A stretch of DNA of 64,000 nucleotides. Source: a virus. This document shows, piece by piece, positions 36,903-49,100 of this stretch (positions within the stretch are counted from its first letter, which is position 1; every line of letters starts with the position of its first letter). Location of the stretch: positions 1-64,000 of the IMG/VR virus record IMGVR_UViG_3300033146_005439; one strand, 5' to 3'. A model generated the notes under the pieces. That model did not search any database. It saw nothing but the letters and a program-made list of their open reading frames with translations, and had not been told where the DNA came from. Made by a program: the position numbers and the translations under genes.

Positions 36903-38041
36903 ACTCTTCGCCTAATAGGTGTTAAAAGAGCCCTTTGATTATGATTATTAACATCTTTTAAAATAAACAAACCATTTTCATTAGAAAAACAAACTTCCAC
37001 TTGGGTATCATCTATAGCATCTAAACTCTGAACTAAATATTGACCATTTAAATCAATCAACAAATTTTTAGTATGCTCTATAGCACCACTATAAATAAAA
37101 GAAGCATTATCAGCAAATACTTGTAATTGACCGTCTTCTAATTGTAAAGTAACTCGCTTATAATCATCATCAAGAGCGTTTATAAAAGGGACTAAACTCG
37201 ATAGTAATATATATTTATCTATTACAATAGAATCAATATATTGCTCAAAAGTTTCAGTATAATCAGGAAAATTATCTCCAACTAATAATCTACCATGTAA
37301 AGTTGTATTATTGATAACCACTTTAATAAAACCCTTAGATATATCAGCATCGAAAAAAACTGAAGTTTCTGGTTCTAACAATCTTCTAAGAACCATAATA
37401 AATTGATAAGGTATTAAATAAGAAATATCTTTAACATCACTAGTATTATCTACAGAAAACTCTGCTAATTTTAAAGCATCAGTTCCAGCAAAATATATTT
37501 TATCTTCTGTAAATTTTAAATTAATGCCTTGTATAAATAATCTTGCTGAACTAGGATCTGTTGCATAAATAACTTTACTTATAGCGCTCTTTATTACATC
37601 CGAACTTAACACAAAGGAAGGTTCTCCAAAAGCTGAAGGTAAAAACATTTTTTCCGTAGGAAATAAAGGTAGTTTTAAAGAACTTTTTGCTGACTGACCA
37701 TTAGAAAAAGTATTTACAACTTTAACTGTAAAACTATGCTTATTAAGTTTTAAAGATACCCTATCTACACCCTCTTCATCATTCCATATTTTAAAACTAT
37801 TTACAAAAGAAAACAATTTAAAATAAGGAATACAAGCTCTACCAGTTTCTTTTATACTTAAATTATCATAACAAACTTTAGTTACAAATAAACGACCATT
37901 TGTTGCTAAAAAAACAACACTACCATCCTTACGAGCTTCTAAAAAAACTTGCCCAGTTACATCCTGTGCAGCAGGTTTAATAACAGTACTAACAGCTTTT
38001 AACACTTCTTGTAATTCAAATAAATCAATTAATAATTCCAT
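36899..38041 (-). CDS. dnaN: beta sliding clamp
   Basis: 380 aa with three-domain pattern: LATNG, AGTDALKLA, RLLVGDNFPDY, NGQYLVQSL, LLTPIR at the C-terminus. Confidence 0.9.
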   Translation of the reverse strand: MELLIDLFELQEVLKAVSTVIKPAAQDVTGQVFLEARKDGSVVFLATNGRLFVTKVCYDNLSIKETGRACIPYFKLFSFVNSFKIWNDEEGVDRVSLKLNKHSFTVKVVNTFSNGQSAKSSLKLPLFPTEKMFLPSAFGEPSFVLSSDVIKSAISKVIYATDPSSARLFIQGINLKFTEDKIYFAGTDALKLAEFSVDNTSDVKDISYLIPYQFIMVLRRLLEPETSVFFDADISKGFIKVVINNTTLHGRLLVGDNFPDYTETFEQYIDSIVIDKYILLSSLVPFINALDDDYKRVTLQLEDGQLQVFADNASFIYSGAIEHTKNLLIDLNGQYLVQSLDAIDDTQVEVCFSNENGLFILKDVNNHNQRALLTPIRRRV

Positions 38042-38084
38042 ATATACCTCCTTTTAAAAAAATATTATATATCTAATTAAAATT

Positions 38085-38113
38085 AGTATAACATATTAAT
38101 AAAAGAAAGTCTA
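38085..38113 (-). promoter_or_regulatory. sigma70-like extended -10 promoter heading the replication operon
   Basis: Minus strand: TAGACT, 17-nt spacer, TATACT with TG at the extended -10 position. AGGAGG RBS at 38052-38047 before dnaN. Confidence 0.6.
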
Positions 38114-38120
38114 CTAAAAT

Positions 38121-39986
38121 TTAAACGCATTGAATAAAAACATTTAAATTTTTAAACCAATGCTTACGAGAAACTATCGAGTATTTAACATATAAATCTA
38201 TACAATTTAAAGGTAAAGAAGCCTTAATAAAACCATATAAATCTTTTTTAAATAAAGTACCATGTTTTTGTAAAATAAATTTAATCTGCTCATCTATATC
38301 GGAATAATCCTCCAAATTAACATAATCAGATACCCTTACTGAAGATTTACTTCTAGAAGATGCCTTATAATAGTAACTTTCTATATGAAAAGCCCATAAA
38401 TAAGACTTATTCCTATCTAAAGAATATATCTTGTCATAATTTTTTATATAATAATATATAGGTGAACCATCTTCACCAGAATTAATTTTAATGTTTACAT
38501 ACCTAGGGTTTCTGCCAGCTGAAAAATTATTTATATCCAAAACTTGTTCTGTATGTTTAAATTGTTCATACATAGGGGTTGTAGTAAAATTAGGTAAAAT
38601 TTTAGGTTGTATAAAAGCAACTAAACTTTTACTATGTAACTGACCATATATATAGGTATTTAAAGTAACTAAATTACCTCCTATAAGATTAAAAGAATTT
38701 TCTATTTTAGAAGCTTTCTTTAAAGTACCACCATTTATTTTAAATTGTGCGTAAGGCCTATAAGTCTCTGCAGCTCTTATATGTATATAATCTAATACTT
38801 CATAAGAACTTGTATTAATAAAACAACTTAAATCTTTAATATTTCTAGAATAAAAAGTATTATCCCATCCTATAACATAGCCTACTAAATCTTTCTTAAA
38901 TAATATATCACAATAAGCATATAAAACTTTATAATTAGAATTTAGACAATAAGTATTAATCATAGCATATAAATAAACACTTTGTAATAATGAAATAGCT
39001 ATAACAGAACTACTTTTTAATATAGAAGGTTTAATTGAAACAACTAGATCTTTATATAAACGACCTGTATTTATATAAGTAATTAAATCAAAAAGTTTCA
39101 TTGTAGAAATAGTAATGTATAAATCTTTGTATAAATCTTTATTTATATAAGTATATAAAAATTTTGTTTGATTAAAACCCTTAAACCCTTTAATAACACC
39201 ATATAAAACTTTAAAAGGTATACAATAAATAGAACCTATTAAATTTAAATAAGCTAAATTAGCACTTAAATATATATGTAAATCTTTAATAGCATAACTA
39301 TGTAAATAAACACTAAACTCTTTATAAGGAATACTAACTAAATAAGTATTTAAAAATAAACTACTTAAATTTATACCAGTAATATAAGTAGAAAGAAGTT
39401 TATATCTTTTACTAAATATATAACCTTTTAAATAAACATAAGCCCAACCATAAATAAAACTTTTAATACTTAAACTTTGTCTTAAATAAATTTTAAAAAA
39501 AGAAGTTTTTAAATCTAAAAAACCTTTTAAATAAACACCTTCTATATTAACATGTATATCATAAAATTCTATAATATTTATAAAAGCATTTAATTTAAAA
39601 GGTTCTACACTATAAAGTAAACTTTTTAAATCAAAATAAATAGACTTTCCTTGTAAAACACGTATAAATACTTTAAAATAAATATTAGAAGTGTGCTCTA
39701 TATTTCGTATAAAAGCTGTATAAGAAAGAGTATCTGTAAAAGTCATTACTCTAATAAAAGAATGTAGATACAAAGAAGGTATCTGCACAGCAATATAAGC
39801 ATTTAAATAAATACTTAAAGGATTACCATAAATAAAACTTTCTAAAGTATCTGCGGATTTAAAAACACAAGGTAATTTAAGAACTTGTATAGTACCTTTG
39901 GCATAACCTAAAACTATACGCCTACATTCAGTGGCATATACACCACTTAAAGCTCTTGCTTTTAAGTTATCATAATTATAGGTCAT
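38121..39986 (-). CDS. repetitive hypothetical protein (degenerate K-D-L-x-x-Y-I units), probably structural
   Basis: 621 aa with recurring KDLHIYL, KDLYITI, KDLVVSI, KDLVGYV, KDLSCFI, KDLYGFI. Confidence 0.6.
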   Translation of the reverse strand: MTYNYDNLKARALSGVYATECRRIVLGYAKGTIQVLKLPCVFKSADTLESFIYGNPLSIYLNAYIAVQIPSLYLHSFIRVMTFTDTLSYTAFIRNIEHTSNIYFKVFIRVLQGKSIYFDLKSLLYSVEPFKLNAFINIIEFYDIHVNIEGVYLKGFLDLKTSFFKIYLRQSLSIKSFIYGWAYVYLKGYIFSKRYKLLSTYITGINLSSLFLNTYLVSIPYKEFSVYLHSYAIKDLHIYLSANLAYLNLIGSIYCIPFKVLYGVIKGFKGFNQTKFLYTYINKDLYKDLYITISTMKLFDLITYINTGRLYKDLVVSIKPSILKSSSVIAISLLQSVYLYAMINTYCLNSNYKVLYAYCDILFKKDLVGYVIGWDNTFYSRNIKDLSCFINTSSYEVLDYIHIRAAETYRPYAQFKINGGTLKKASKIENSFNLIGGNLVTLNTYIYGQLHSKSLVAFIQPKILPNFTTTPMYEQFKHTEQVLDINNFSAGRNPRYVNIKINSGEDGSPIYYYIKNYDKIYSLDRNKSYLWAFHIESYYYKASSRSKSSVRVSDYVNLEDYSDIDEQIKFILQKHGTLFKKDLYGFIKASLPLNCIDLYVKYSIVSRKHWFKNLNVFIQCV

Positions 39987-39990
39987 GCTT

Positions 39991-42900
39991 TTATATATCC
40001 CACCAAACTCTTAGTTTACTATCAAAATAATCAAAAACAGCTTGTGCTGGTATTTTTGATCGAACATAAATAGCTTTACTATCATTTATACGTATATCAG
40101 AAACTTTTAAAGAAGGAACTACACCTATAGATTTAATATAAGGAACTGAAGAATCTTCCCCAAAATTCTTACTAATTAAGGTTAATTTTATTTGTAAAAA
40201 TCTAAGCCTTTTTAAAAAATAATTATCTTTAGGCACAATACTCCAATTATCAACAGAAGTGTTCCAAAAAGGATCTTCTTTACGTGGTAATATAGTACCT
40301 AATAAAGCATATTCTCTTTTAGACACATTAAAATCATGAGAAAATATAATAGGATATGCAGGCTCATAAGTAAAAGTATTAGAAGGAATAAAATCACTAT
40401 AATATAATATTTTATCTATATTTCTTGTATAATTATTTATATAAGTTATACTATGATTATGTTTATTATATACTATACAATAATAAGTATTAGCTTGTAA
40501 ATAAGTTACATTATTTAAAAAAGATTTAGTATAAATTAAAGTGCCTTTTGCTGAATAATGCCTTATTTCACCATTATTAAAAGATAAAGCTACAAAAAAA
40601 CCTCCTACCTTATCTTCTGTCAAACTTATTACTTTAGAAGGCATTAAAATACTAATAAGAGGTTCATCTAAATTAACTCTATATTTACTTACAAAAACTG
40701 AATTAGATGCGGTAGTACTAACTACCCAACAAGAATTTTCTTCAGCGCTACATAATAAAGAAGGACTTTGTAAAGAAATATTAAAAATCAAAGAAGTATC
40801 TAAACCAATAATAGTTAAATTACTTTGTGAAGTACAAGTATAAAAAATATAATCGGACATATAATGCACACAAAAATCTGTTAAATAATTTAAATATAAA
40901 ACATGTTTAGAACTTAAATCAGATGAATAAATAGCTAATAATAAATTAGGTAATAAAAAAACTATATTATCTGATAAAGTAAAAAGTACTTTAATATATT
41001 CATAGGGCTCTTCAACATCATTAGCAGTAAAATTAGCTGCATGTAAAGACTTACCTGAAATATCTTCCAATTCAATATTAAAACTAGTTGCACGCTGCTT
41101 AATAAATATTCTATTACAATTACATCTATTTTCTGAAATACCTACAATTTTTTGTAAACTAGAACTTAAATCACCTAAATCCTTATAAGTATCGGTATGT
41201 ATATCATATAATTTAGCTCCTACAGGAAATAAATCATTACTTGAAACACACCAAGCAATATCACTAAATAAAAAAGGTGGTTCATTAGATTGTTTTATTT
41301 CTATAGTACTTACATATAAATTTTCATCAACACTTATATTATTTTTACCTAATTCTAAATCAGCAACTACTTTAACATAACTTGCTTTATTAGCTTCTTC
41401 AAAATCTATAACTTTAGTTATATAAACTCCTTGAGATAAAATAGATGTATTAAAATAAGAAGCTAACACTAAATTACCCTTATTAGAATTAGAAGCTACA
41501 TCATAAACTTGTTCTTGTAATATATTTAAAAGACCATCTGAAGATTTATATATAATAGATTGAGCATAAATAATAGTATTATATATAGCTTCATCATTGA
41601 TATCTTTAAATAAAGAAATATTTAATAAAAAAGAACCTTCTATAACTTTAGTAATTTGATTTACTACATAACATTTCCACCATTTATTATCCTCTAAAAC
41701 ATATATATAATAAGTGTCATCAAGTAAATTAATCTTAAGATATTCTTCTCCTAATAAAACATCTGTTTCTAAAACTACATATAAAAGACCAGTTATATAA
41801 TCATACTCATAAATTCTAGTTGCGCCGTAACTAATCCCTCGGGCTTTAGCAGTTATAGTTAATTTTTGAGTACTAGTATTATAATCACAAAATCTAAAAG
41901 AATGTTGCTCATTTATTAAACTAAAAGATTGTATTTCTACACAATTATTTGTTATAACATCATACTCATATAAACACATATTAGTGGAATTTATAGATAC
42001 TAATATAATAAAAGTATTATCATCCTTATAAGTAGCTGATATATACCCTGAAGATATATTTATAGTATAAGCTGTTATATTATTAGGCAAACCATTTAAA
42101 TCATGTTTATATACTTGATCATAATCTATAACATACACACAAGCATTACCAGAATGGTAATATAAAGCAACATAAGAATTAGATAAATAAGGCTGCATAT
42201 CCATATATAAACTAAAAGTATCAGTTAAAATATCATATTTAAATAATTCTTTTAAATTTCCGGGATATTTATGTGCTAATATGTAACAAACTAAATTATC
42301 TTTATCTAAACTCATAGTTTGAGTATTATAAATAAAGCCTAAATCTACTGTAGATAATTGGGGTTGTTTATATTTATACTGCCAAGGAGTATCTAAAGAA
42401 GCTATACTTAAATAATTAGTTGAAGAAACAACTTCAGTGTTCAAAAAAGTTCCAGAATACCAATTGTTATAAACATTAGAAATAATAGTACCTGCATCTA
42501 TACCTTTATAAGGACCTTCTTTATTTAAAGCTAACTGAATATAATCCCCTTTAGTGGTTGGATCAGGATCTATACACACATAGGCGTCCACAGAATCAGG
42601 CTTACAATTATTATATATATAAACAGGCTCTGATTTCCCTTCATAACCTATAGGAGTATCATCTAAATATTCATAATAAGAAGAACCATCTTGACCAAAG
42701 CTAATACAATAATCATTATTTAAAATCTTAAATTCAAAAACTTCAATAGAAATACCACTAACAACACATCTTATATATTTAGCAATAGAAGGTTCTGGTA
42801 AAGTAGCATAATATGCTTGAGCACTAACGTTAGTAACCACTTTCTTAAAATTGTAATTATCATCTTCTTTATAATAAAAATAAATATCGTTTTTATTATT

Positions 42901-43116
42901 TAAATTATTAGCATAAAGTTGTAAGCTATCTAACTTGATTTTATATCCTAAATCTACTTCTAAACAAAGTATGTCAGAATTTTGCAAAATTACACCAGAA
43001 TAAGTAGTAATATTATCTTTAAGTAGATTCAACTCATAAGAAGATAAAGCTACATTACCCACACCTGAAGAAACTGTATATAAATAACTATTATGTATTA
43101 AATTATATGTCACCAA
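39991..43116 (-). CDS. large putative virion protein (discoidin-like N-terminus, beta-propeller-like regions)
   Basis: 1041 aa, beta-rich; LEVDLG...AKYIRC...EFKI resembles a discoidin domain; blade-like repeats. Confidence 0.5.
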   Translation of the reverse strand: MVTYNLIHNSYLYTVSSGVGNVALSSYELNLLKDNITTYSGVILQNSDILCLEVDLGYKIKLDSLQLYANNLNNKNDIYFYYKEDDNYNFKKVVTNVSAQAYYATLPEPSIAKYIRCVVSGISIEVFEFKILNNDYCISFGQDGSSYYEYLDDTPIGYEGKSEPVYIYNNCKPDSVDAYVCIDPDPTTKGDYIQLALNKEGPYKGIDAGTIISNVYNNWYSGTFLNTEVVSSTNYLSIASLDTPWQYKYKQPQLSTVDLGFIYNTQTMSLDKDNLVCYILAHKYPGNLKELFKYDILTDTFSLYMDMQPYLSNSYVALYYHSGNACVYVIDYDQVYKHDLNGLPNNITAYTINISSGYISATYKDDNTFIILVSINSTNMCLYEYDVITNNCVEIQSFSLINEQHSFRFCDYNTSTQKLTITAKARGISYGATRIYEYDYITGLLYVVLETDVLLGEEYLKINLLDDTYYIYVLEDNKWWKCYVVNQITKVIEGSFLLNISLFKDINDEAIYNTIIYAQSIIYKSSDGLLNILQEQVYDVASNSNKGNLVLASYFNTSILSQGVYITKVIDFEEANKASYVKVVADLELGKNNISVDENLYVSTIEIKQSNEPPFLFSDIAWCVSSNDLFPVGAKLYDIHTDTYKDLGDLSSSLQKIVGISENRCNCNRIFIKQRATSFNIELEDISGKSLHAANFTANDVEEPYEYIKVLFTLSDNIVFLLPNLLLAIYSSDLSSKHVLYLNYLTDFCVHYMSDYIFYTCTSQSNLTIIGLDTSLIFNISLQSPSLLCSAEENSCWVVSTTASNSVFVSKYRVNLDEPLISILMPSKVISLTEDKVGGFFVALSFNNGEIRHYSAKGTLIYTKSFLNNVTYLQANTYYCIVYNKHNHSITYINNYTRNIDKILYYSDFIPSNTFTYEPAYPIIFSHDFNVSKREYALLGTILPRKEDPFWNTSVDNWSIVPKDNYFLKRLRFLQIKLTLISKNFGEDSSVPYIKSIGVVPSLKVSDIRINDSKAIYVRSKIPAQAVFDYFDSKLRVWWDI

Positions 43117-43124
43117 AATTTACC

Positions 43125-46100
43125 TCACTCGGAAATTAACCATTCTATTAATAATGCTGCTGTATAGTCTAAATATAAAAAATCTCTACTTTTATCTACA
43201 CTAATATAAACAGACACCACACCACTTACGGGTACTTGTGTATAAATAAGAGGTAAAGTGCCCGTAGATAAATTATGAACTACTTGTTTATTAGGCTCTC
43301 TAATATCTATATAATAATTAGCTTCTTTATAAACCTCTAAAGCATTAGCTAAACTAGATTTACTATAATTATAAATTTTTAAATCCGCAAAAAAAAGATT
43401 GGTAAATAAAGAACCTTCAGAAAAAGCTTGTCTAAGACCGCCACCTAATTTAAAATAAATATTTGTATCTTGTGAAAACTTAAAATAACTTTTAGCACTT
43501 AAAGCCCTTTTACCATCTAAACATAATTCAAAATTATCACCCGAATTATTTACACCTGCAGAAGACATATCCCAAGTAAAAGAAACTGCTACATCTTCTC
43601 CTATATTAAAAAATTTATTAACAGGAGCTCTTTCCAAGTAACATAAATTAGCTTCTTTTAATAAGCCATACTCAAAAGCAAACCAATTGCCCCTTTTTAA
43701 AATTAAAGATATATATTCATTATTATTATTAGATAATGTAAAAAAAACAACTGTCTGTGGGTTTCTAAAAATATCTGAACCATGAGATGTTGTACCTAAT
43801 TTAACTATAAAATCTATTGTACCTCTACTAAAAGAAAGCTTAGTTAAAGGTATAGATAAATATTCATCTTCAAATAAATATAAAGATTTAAAATTATAAA
43901 TATAATTATCACATGTATTTCTTTCTATTCTAAAAGTATCTAACCATAAAGTAACAATGGAACTATCTTTAAAGTAAGGTTGTATTTTTATAGTATTTAA
44001 TTTAAAAGCTTTTCTTAAATCTAAATCTGCATTTAAATAAGTTCCTAAATTATAAGGAAATTTCTCTACCGCTTCAAAAAAACTTAACCTTACAGAATTC
44101 CAACCCGCTTTTAAATCTTTAGGTGTTATCCTAAACTTATACCAAAAAACTGTTTTATCTTCTGTTAAACCTTCTAAATATATATAAAATTTATCTGTAT
44201 TTAAACCTTCAGGCCCTGAAATTTTTAAGTCAAAACATAAAAAATCAAAAATAGAAAAATTTAAATCTACACCTAAAGAATCTCCAGGATTATATAATAC
44301 TTCTTCAAATAAAATATTAGGTCCTAATTTAATAACTAAAGATCTTGAACCTTTTAATACATTTAAACTATCATTAGTTAATATAGTAGTACTATATAAA
44401 GTTTTCCACCACCACCAATATTCAGTAATATTAAAAGTACCTAAACTAAATAAATATAACTTACATAAGGCTCGATCTTTTTTAAAAGAACTATCATTAT
44501 TAAAAGATTGACATTCTGCTGTATTAGCTGTTAAAGCTACCCAATAAGATTGTATTATATAAGAATATAAAAATAAATTTTGAATTCCCCAATCAGTATG
44601 ACTATCCGCATCTTCATTAATAATATAAATATTATATAAACCTGGTTCTTCTAAAACAAAATTACTTATTTGATCTGTCCAATTAGAACCAACCACTAAA
44701 ACATTAATAGTTTGTGAATATTTACCCTCAAAATATAAATATTGATTTTTATAAATATCTGTATTTAAAGCTTGCCATCTTACAATATATTTTCCAGAGT
44801 TTAAATACAAAGAATCTTCTATTTTATATTTTTTACATAAATATAAATCAATTAAAGGACCTTCAAACTTAAAATATAAAATGGAATCTTTCTTTTTATA
44901 AAAGGAAACTTTAGCCGGATCTTCATAAGAGTCCGCGCTATAGGCATAAAAGGCTTCTTCATTAAACCACTCAGCATAATTGACTAAACCTTCTAAACTA
45001 TGGGCACTTATTTGAAAAGAGTCTCTTAAATAATAACATATTACAGGATATTTATGACTATCTATAAATAAATTCGTATTCACTTCTCTATAAACTTTAA
45101 CTTCTTTTAATCCAGTCAAAAAACTTAAACTATTTAAATTAGTAGTAACATCAGTATAGTAAACTTCAATGTACTTAGCATCCAATACTTCAATTTTTAA
45201 ACGCCTCGCCGCAAAAAGTTCAAGTAATACTATATTATTATAAAAATTTCTTGTAGATAAATAAAAATTACTTAATACATTTGTAAAATCATCACCAAAA
45301 AGAGTTGTAGATACTAAAATATTTATTTTTAAAACACCTTCTAATAAAATATCTTTATATAAACCATTATAAATTTCTATACGTGATATATCATAAACAG
45401 CATCAAAAGTTAATATCAAAGAAGGCTGAACTAAACTTTCTTGCGGTTTTTCAAATATCCACCCAGCTAATACTGAAGGATCATAGTTTATGTTGTTATC
45501 AACTACATTATATACTGGAAAAGTATCAACATAATAACTAGTTTGTTCCGTAGAGCATCTATACGCAACATTAGTATCTAATAAATAATCAGTACTAAAT
45601 GTACCTAAATAATGCCAAGAAGTATTAAACTTACCTGTAGGAGTTAATCTATAACGTATGTCAGAGTATATACCTAATTTACTTATAGTAGTAGCTTTAG
45701 TACTTAAACACTCTATTTTTAAAAGTAACCATCTACAATCCAAATAAGTAGAAGAAAATATTACATTATTAATATCATCTATATCATCATTAGAATATTC
45801 TATAACATTACTATATTTATCTATAAAAAGTAGCTCACTTGAATCATCACCACAATAATAATTTCGTATTATATCTAAGCTATATCTTTGTTTTAAATCT
45901 AAAGCTATTAATAAAGTAGTACTATTTACAACTAAATGGGGTTGCTCAACTAAAAAATAATTAGAACCATCCATACTAGTGTATATTAAAAAAGAAGCAT
46001 CATCACTTAAAGCATCTATGAAAATAAATTTATTTGTAGGCGCTTTCTCTTTTAATTTAAAACCTACAAAAGTATCTTTATATAAAATAGCAGGCTTAAA

Positions 46101-49100
46101 CAAATATATATAGTCAATACTAAATAAATCAGCTTGAAAAACATCATAGTTAGTCTTAAAATTATTAAAAGATATTTTTGAAAAAACAGTATCAGGGTAA
46201 ACACCCTTATATAAAAGTATATTATTTATAGAAAAAATAAAAGTATCAGCAACTTTCACAAAAGTTATCAAATTATAAGTGTGTAAACAAAAATTAGAAA
46301 AATAATGTGTATAAAGAAAAGTGGTATCTTTATAAATTGTAACTTTTACTGTACAATCACTAGAACCTACAACACTATCTAAAAAAACTTTTATATGATC
46401 ACCATAATTAATTTCTAAATTATAAGAAATATCATATTGAGAAGACCTAAACCTATTATCACTAACACTATATTTTAAATAAAAATCAACGCCTAAATCA
46501 CCATAAATATTAAATAATTTATACATAGAAAAAAAAGGTTCAGGTTTATCTACGTATATCATTAAGTTAGCACAAGTCTTAAAGGTAACACAACTATCTT
46601 CTTCAGTAACCGTAGCACCTCCAATTAGATCAACTACCCATTCAGACAAAGAACTTCCTTCAAAATCATATTTATAAATATAATCACCTAAAATAAAATT
46701 AGTGTTTGAATTTAATCTTATTTCTTCTCTACCTATATGAGTACCCACAAAAATATAATCTATATCCACCAAAGTATCTTCGTATAATAAAGAAAAATTA
46801 CGTAAAAGATGTACTATATTTGGATCATCAGTTTTTATTAAAAAATAATTTGTAGAAACAGGTTCAAAAACACCTTCGATTTTTGTAGTATCACAATAAA
46901 ATTTTGTAGGTAATTCTAAAGGTACGTCATGTATTAATAAACCTTTAAATTCCCAATAAACAAAATCACAAGATATGTACAATAAACTAGAATCAACTAA
47001 ATTAACCAAACCATAAGTAGGCAAATTTATAGCTATCATACCTTGATTTTCTATAAAAAAAGTTGACTTTTTTACTAAATAAGGCTTTGGCCCATAAGCA
47101 GGCTCTAAAATAGAGTCTACAGAATTTAAAGAGCTATAAAAAATTAAATCAGAAGAATTTAACAACATTTTAGGTAAATTAATATTTAAATCAGCAGGCA
47201 CTTCATAAGGATTAGAAAAATCTAATTTTAATTCTTTACTTTTAAAATGTTTTTTAACATTATTTAAAGAAAGAGCACTTTTATCTGTAGTTACTTGCTG
47301 TTTTGTATTAAATAAAAATTCTTTTAAAGAAAAAGTATGAGCTGATTTAAATTTTAAATTAAAATGTTTATAATTATTAGTTACTGTTGCGGAAAGTCCT
47401 TTTGTATAAACAGCGGTATTAAGTGATTCCTGAGAATTATCATTATTAGTAGCTAAAACACTAGTAATTTCTACTAAAGAACTACTGTATAAACTTTTAG
47501 TATAAATCTCTATCTCAAATAATTTTGTACTATAATGTAAATCTGTAAAAAATCTAAAACCTTTACATTCTACAGGTGTAAATGTATATTCTAAAAAATT
47601 CCAATATAATAAATAACTACATAAATATATATCTTGAGCATGTTCTTCATAAGAAGGTAGTTTTTTAATAACAGGATTTCTCCATAAATAAATATCAACA
47701 TTAGGATCATCACCTTTAAAATAAGTAGTATCATTTACATTAATAGTTTCAAAAGTAGTATCTTTAATATAACTAAAACGTCTATCAGATAAAACAGAAC
47801 CATTAGTATAATTCAAATCATGCAAATAAGCTAAATAAAAATTTTTAAAATTATTAGATTCCTTAAAATATATAGCGATTTTATGTATAGGTAATTGTAT
47901 ATCTTTAGGAAAATATAAATCAAAGGCTATAGGATCTTCTTCATAATCAATTAACTTATCAGGACAAACATAAAATTCAGCTATATCTGGATAAGAGCCC
48001 CTCAACCATTCAGCATCACCATTAACATAAAAATAAGCATGTTTACCATAAGTTTCTAAGCCGTCGGTTGAGGTACCTAAACCTACATTAACATAATCTA
48101 TACCTAATAATCCTGAATCTAAGAATACTTGACCATCGGATAAAGCGTCTTTACCAAAATACATATTTTTATGCTCAACCCACTGTGTATATACTCCATC
48201 ACAAGTTGTCCACCTATGAAAGTGGGTTTCTTCAAATAAATCCACATCAAAACTTAAATCTTTACAAATAGCTACATTATATTCATAAAAAGAATCTTCT
48301 ATATTACCTACTACAAAAATATTGGAAATATCCAAAGGCTTATCAAAAAAAATATCTAAAGATAAATCAACTGCTTTATATTTTGAATGACCATAAAAGG
48401 CTAAACCAGATAAACCTGTAGAGTGTACCTCCGTAGGAATAACAGTATCTATTATTTCTCCTTCTGCATAAAAATAAGTAGCATCTATGGCTAAGTCACT
48501 ATTTAAACTAGCTAAAATTGTAACATTATATAAACCTATAACATCTCCTTTACACAGCATAAAATTACAATCTACTTTAATTAAATTTAAATTTTTAGAA
48601 TATAATTTATCTTCAGCTAAGTTAGGCGTTATCAATTTAGAATAAACCACCTTATAAGAACCATCATTTCTTGGCCTTAAAACTTTTAAAGCTGCACCTT
48701 CATAGGCATAACCTGAAAATCTAAATATATGCATACGACCATTAGCTGTGGCTACATGTGTTATATCTACTATAGTTCTACCAATACTATTAATATTATA
48801 AAGTTCAGTTAAATTCTTAAAAGTAGAAACATCAGATAAGGTAGTAAAAGTATTTACAAAGTCTGCTCTTCCTATTTCAACACTATAATTATCAGGTTTA
48901 TGCGTATAAGCGTCTCTAAAAGCATCATTATCGCGTAATTTATTTTTAGTATTAGTATCTAATAAAACGGTAGCCTTATACTCAAAACCATCAACTATAT
49001 CTAAACCTTGTTCACTTATACCAATAAAGTTAAAAGCACCGTCATAAAAACCTAATAATTCTGCACATTTGCTATATAATATAGTAACTACACTATCCTT

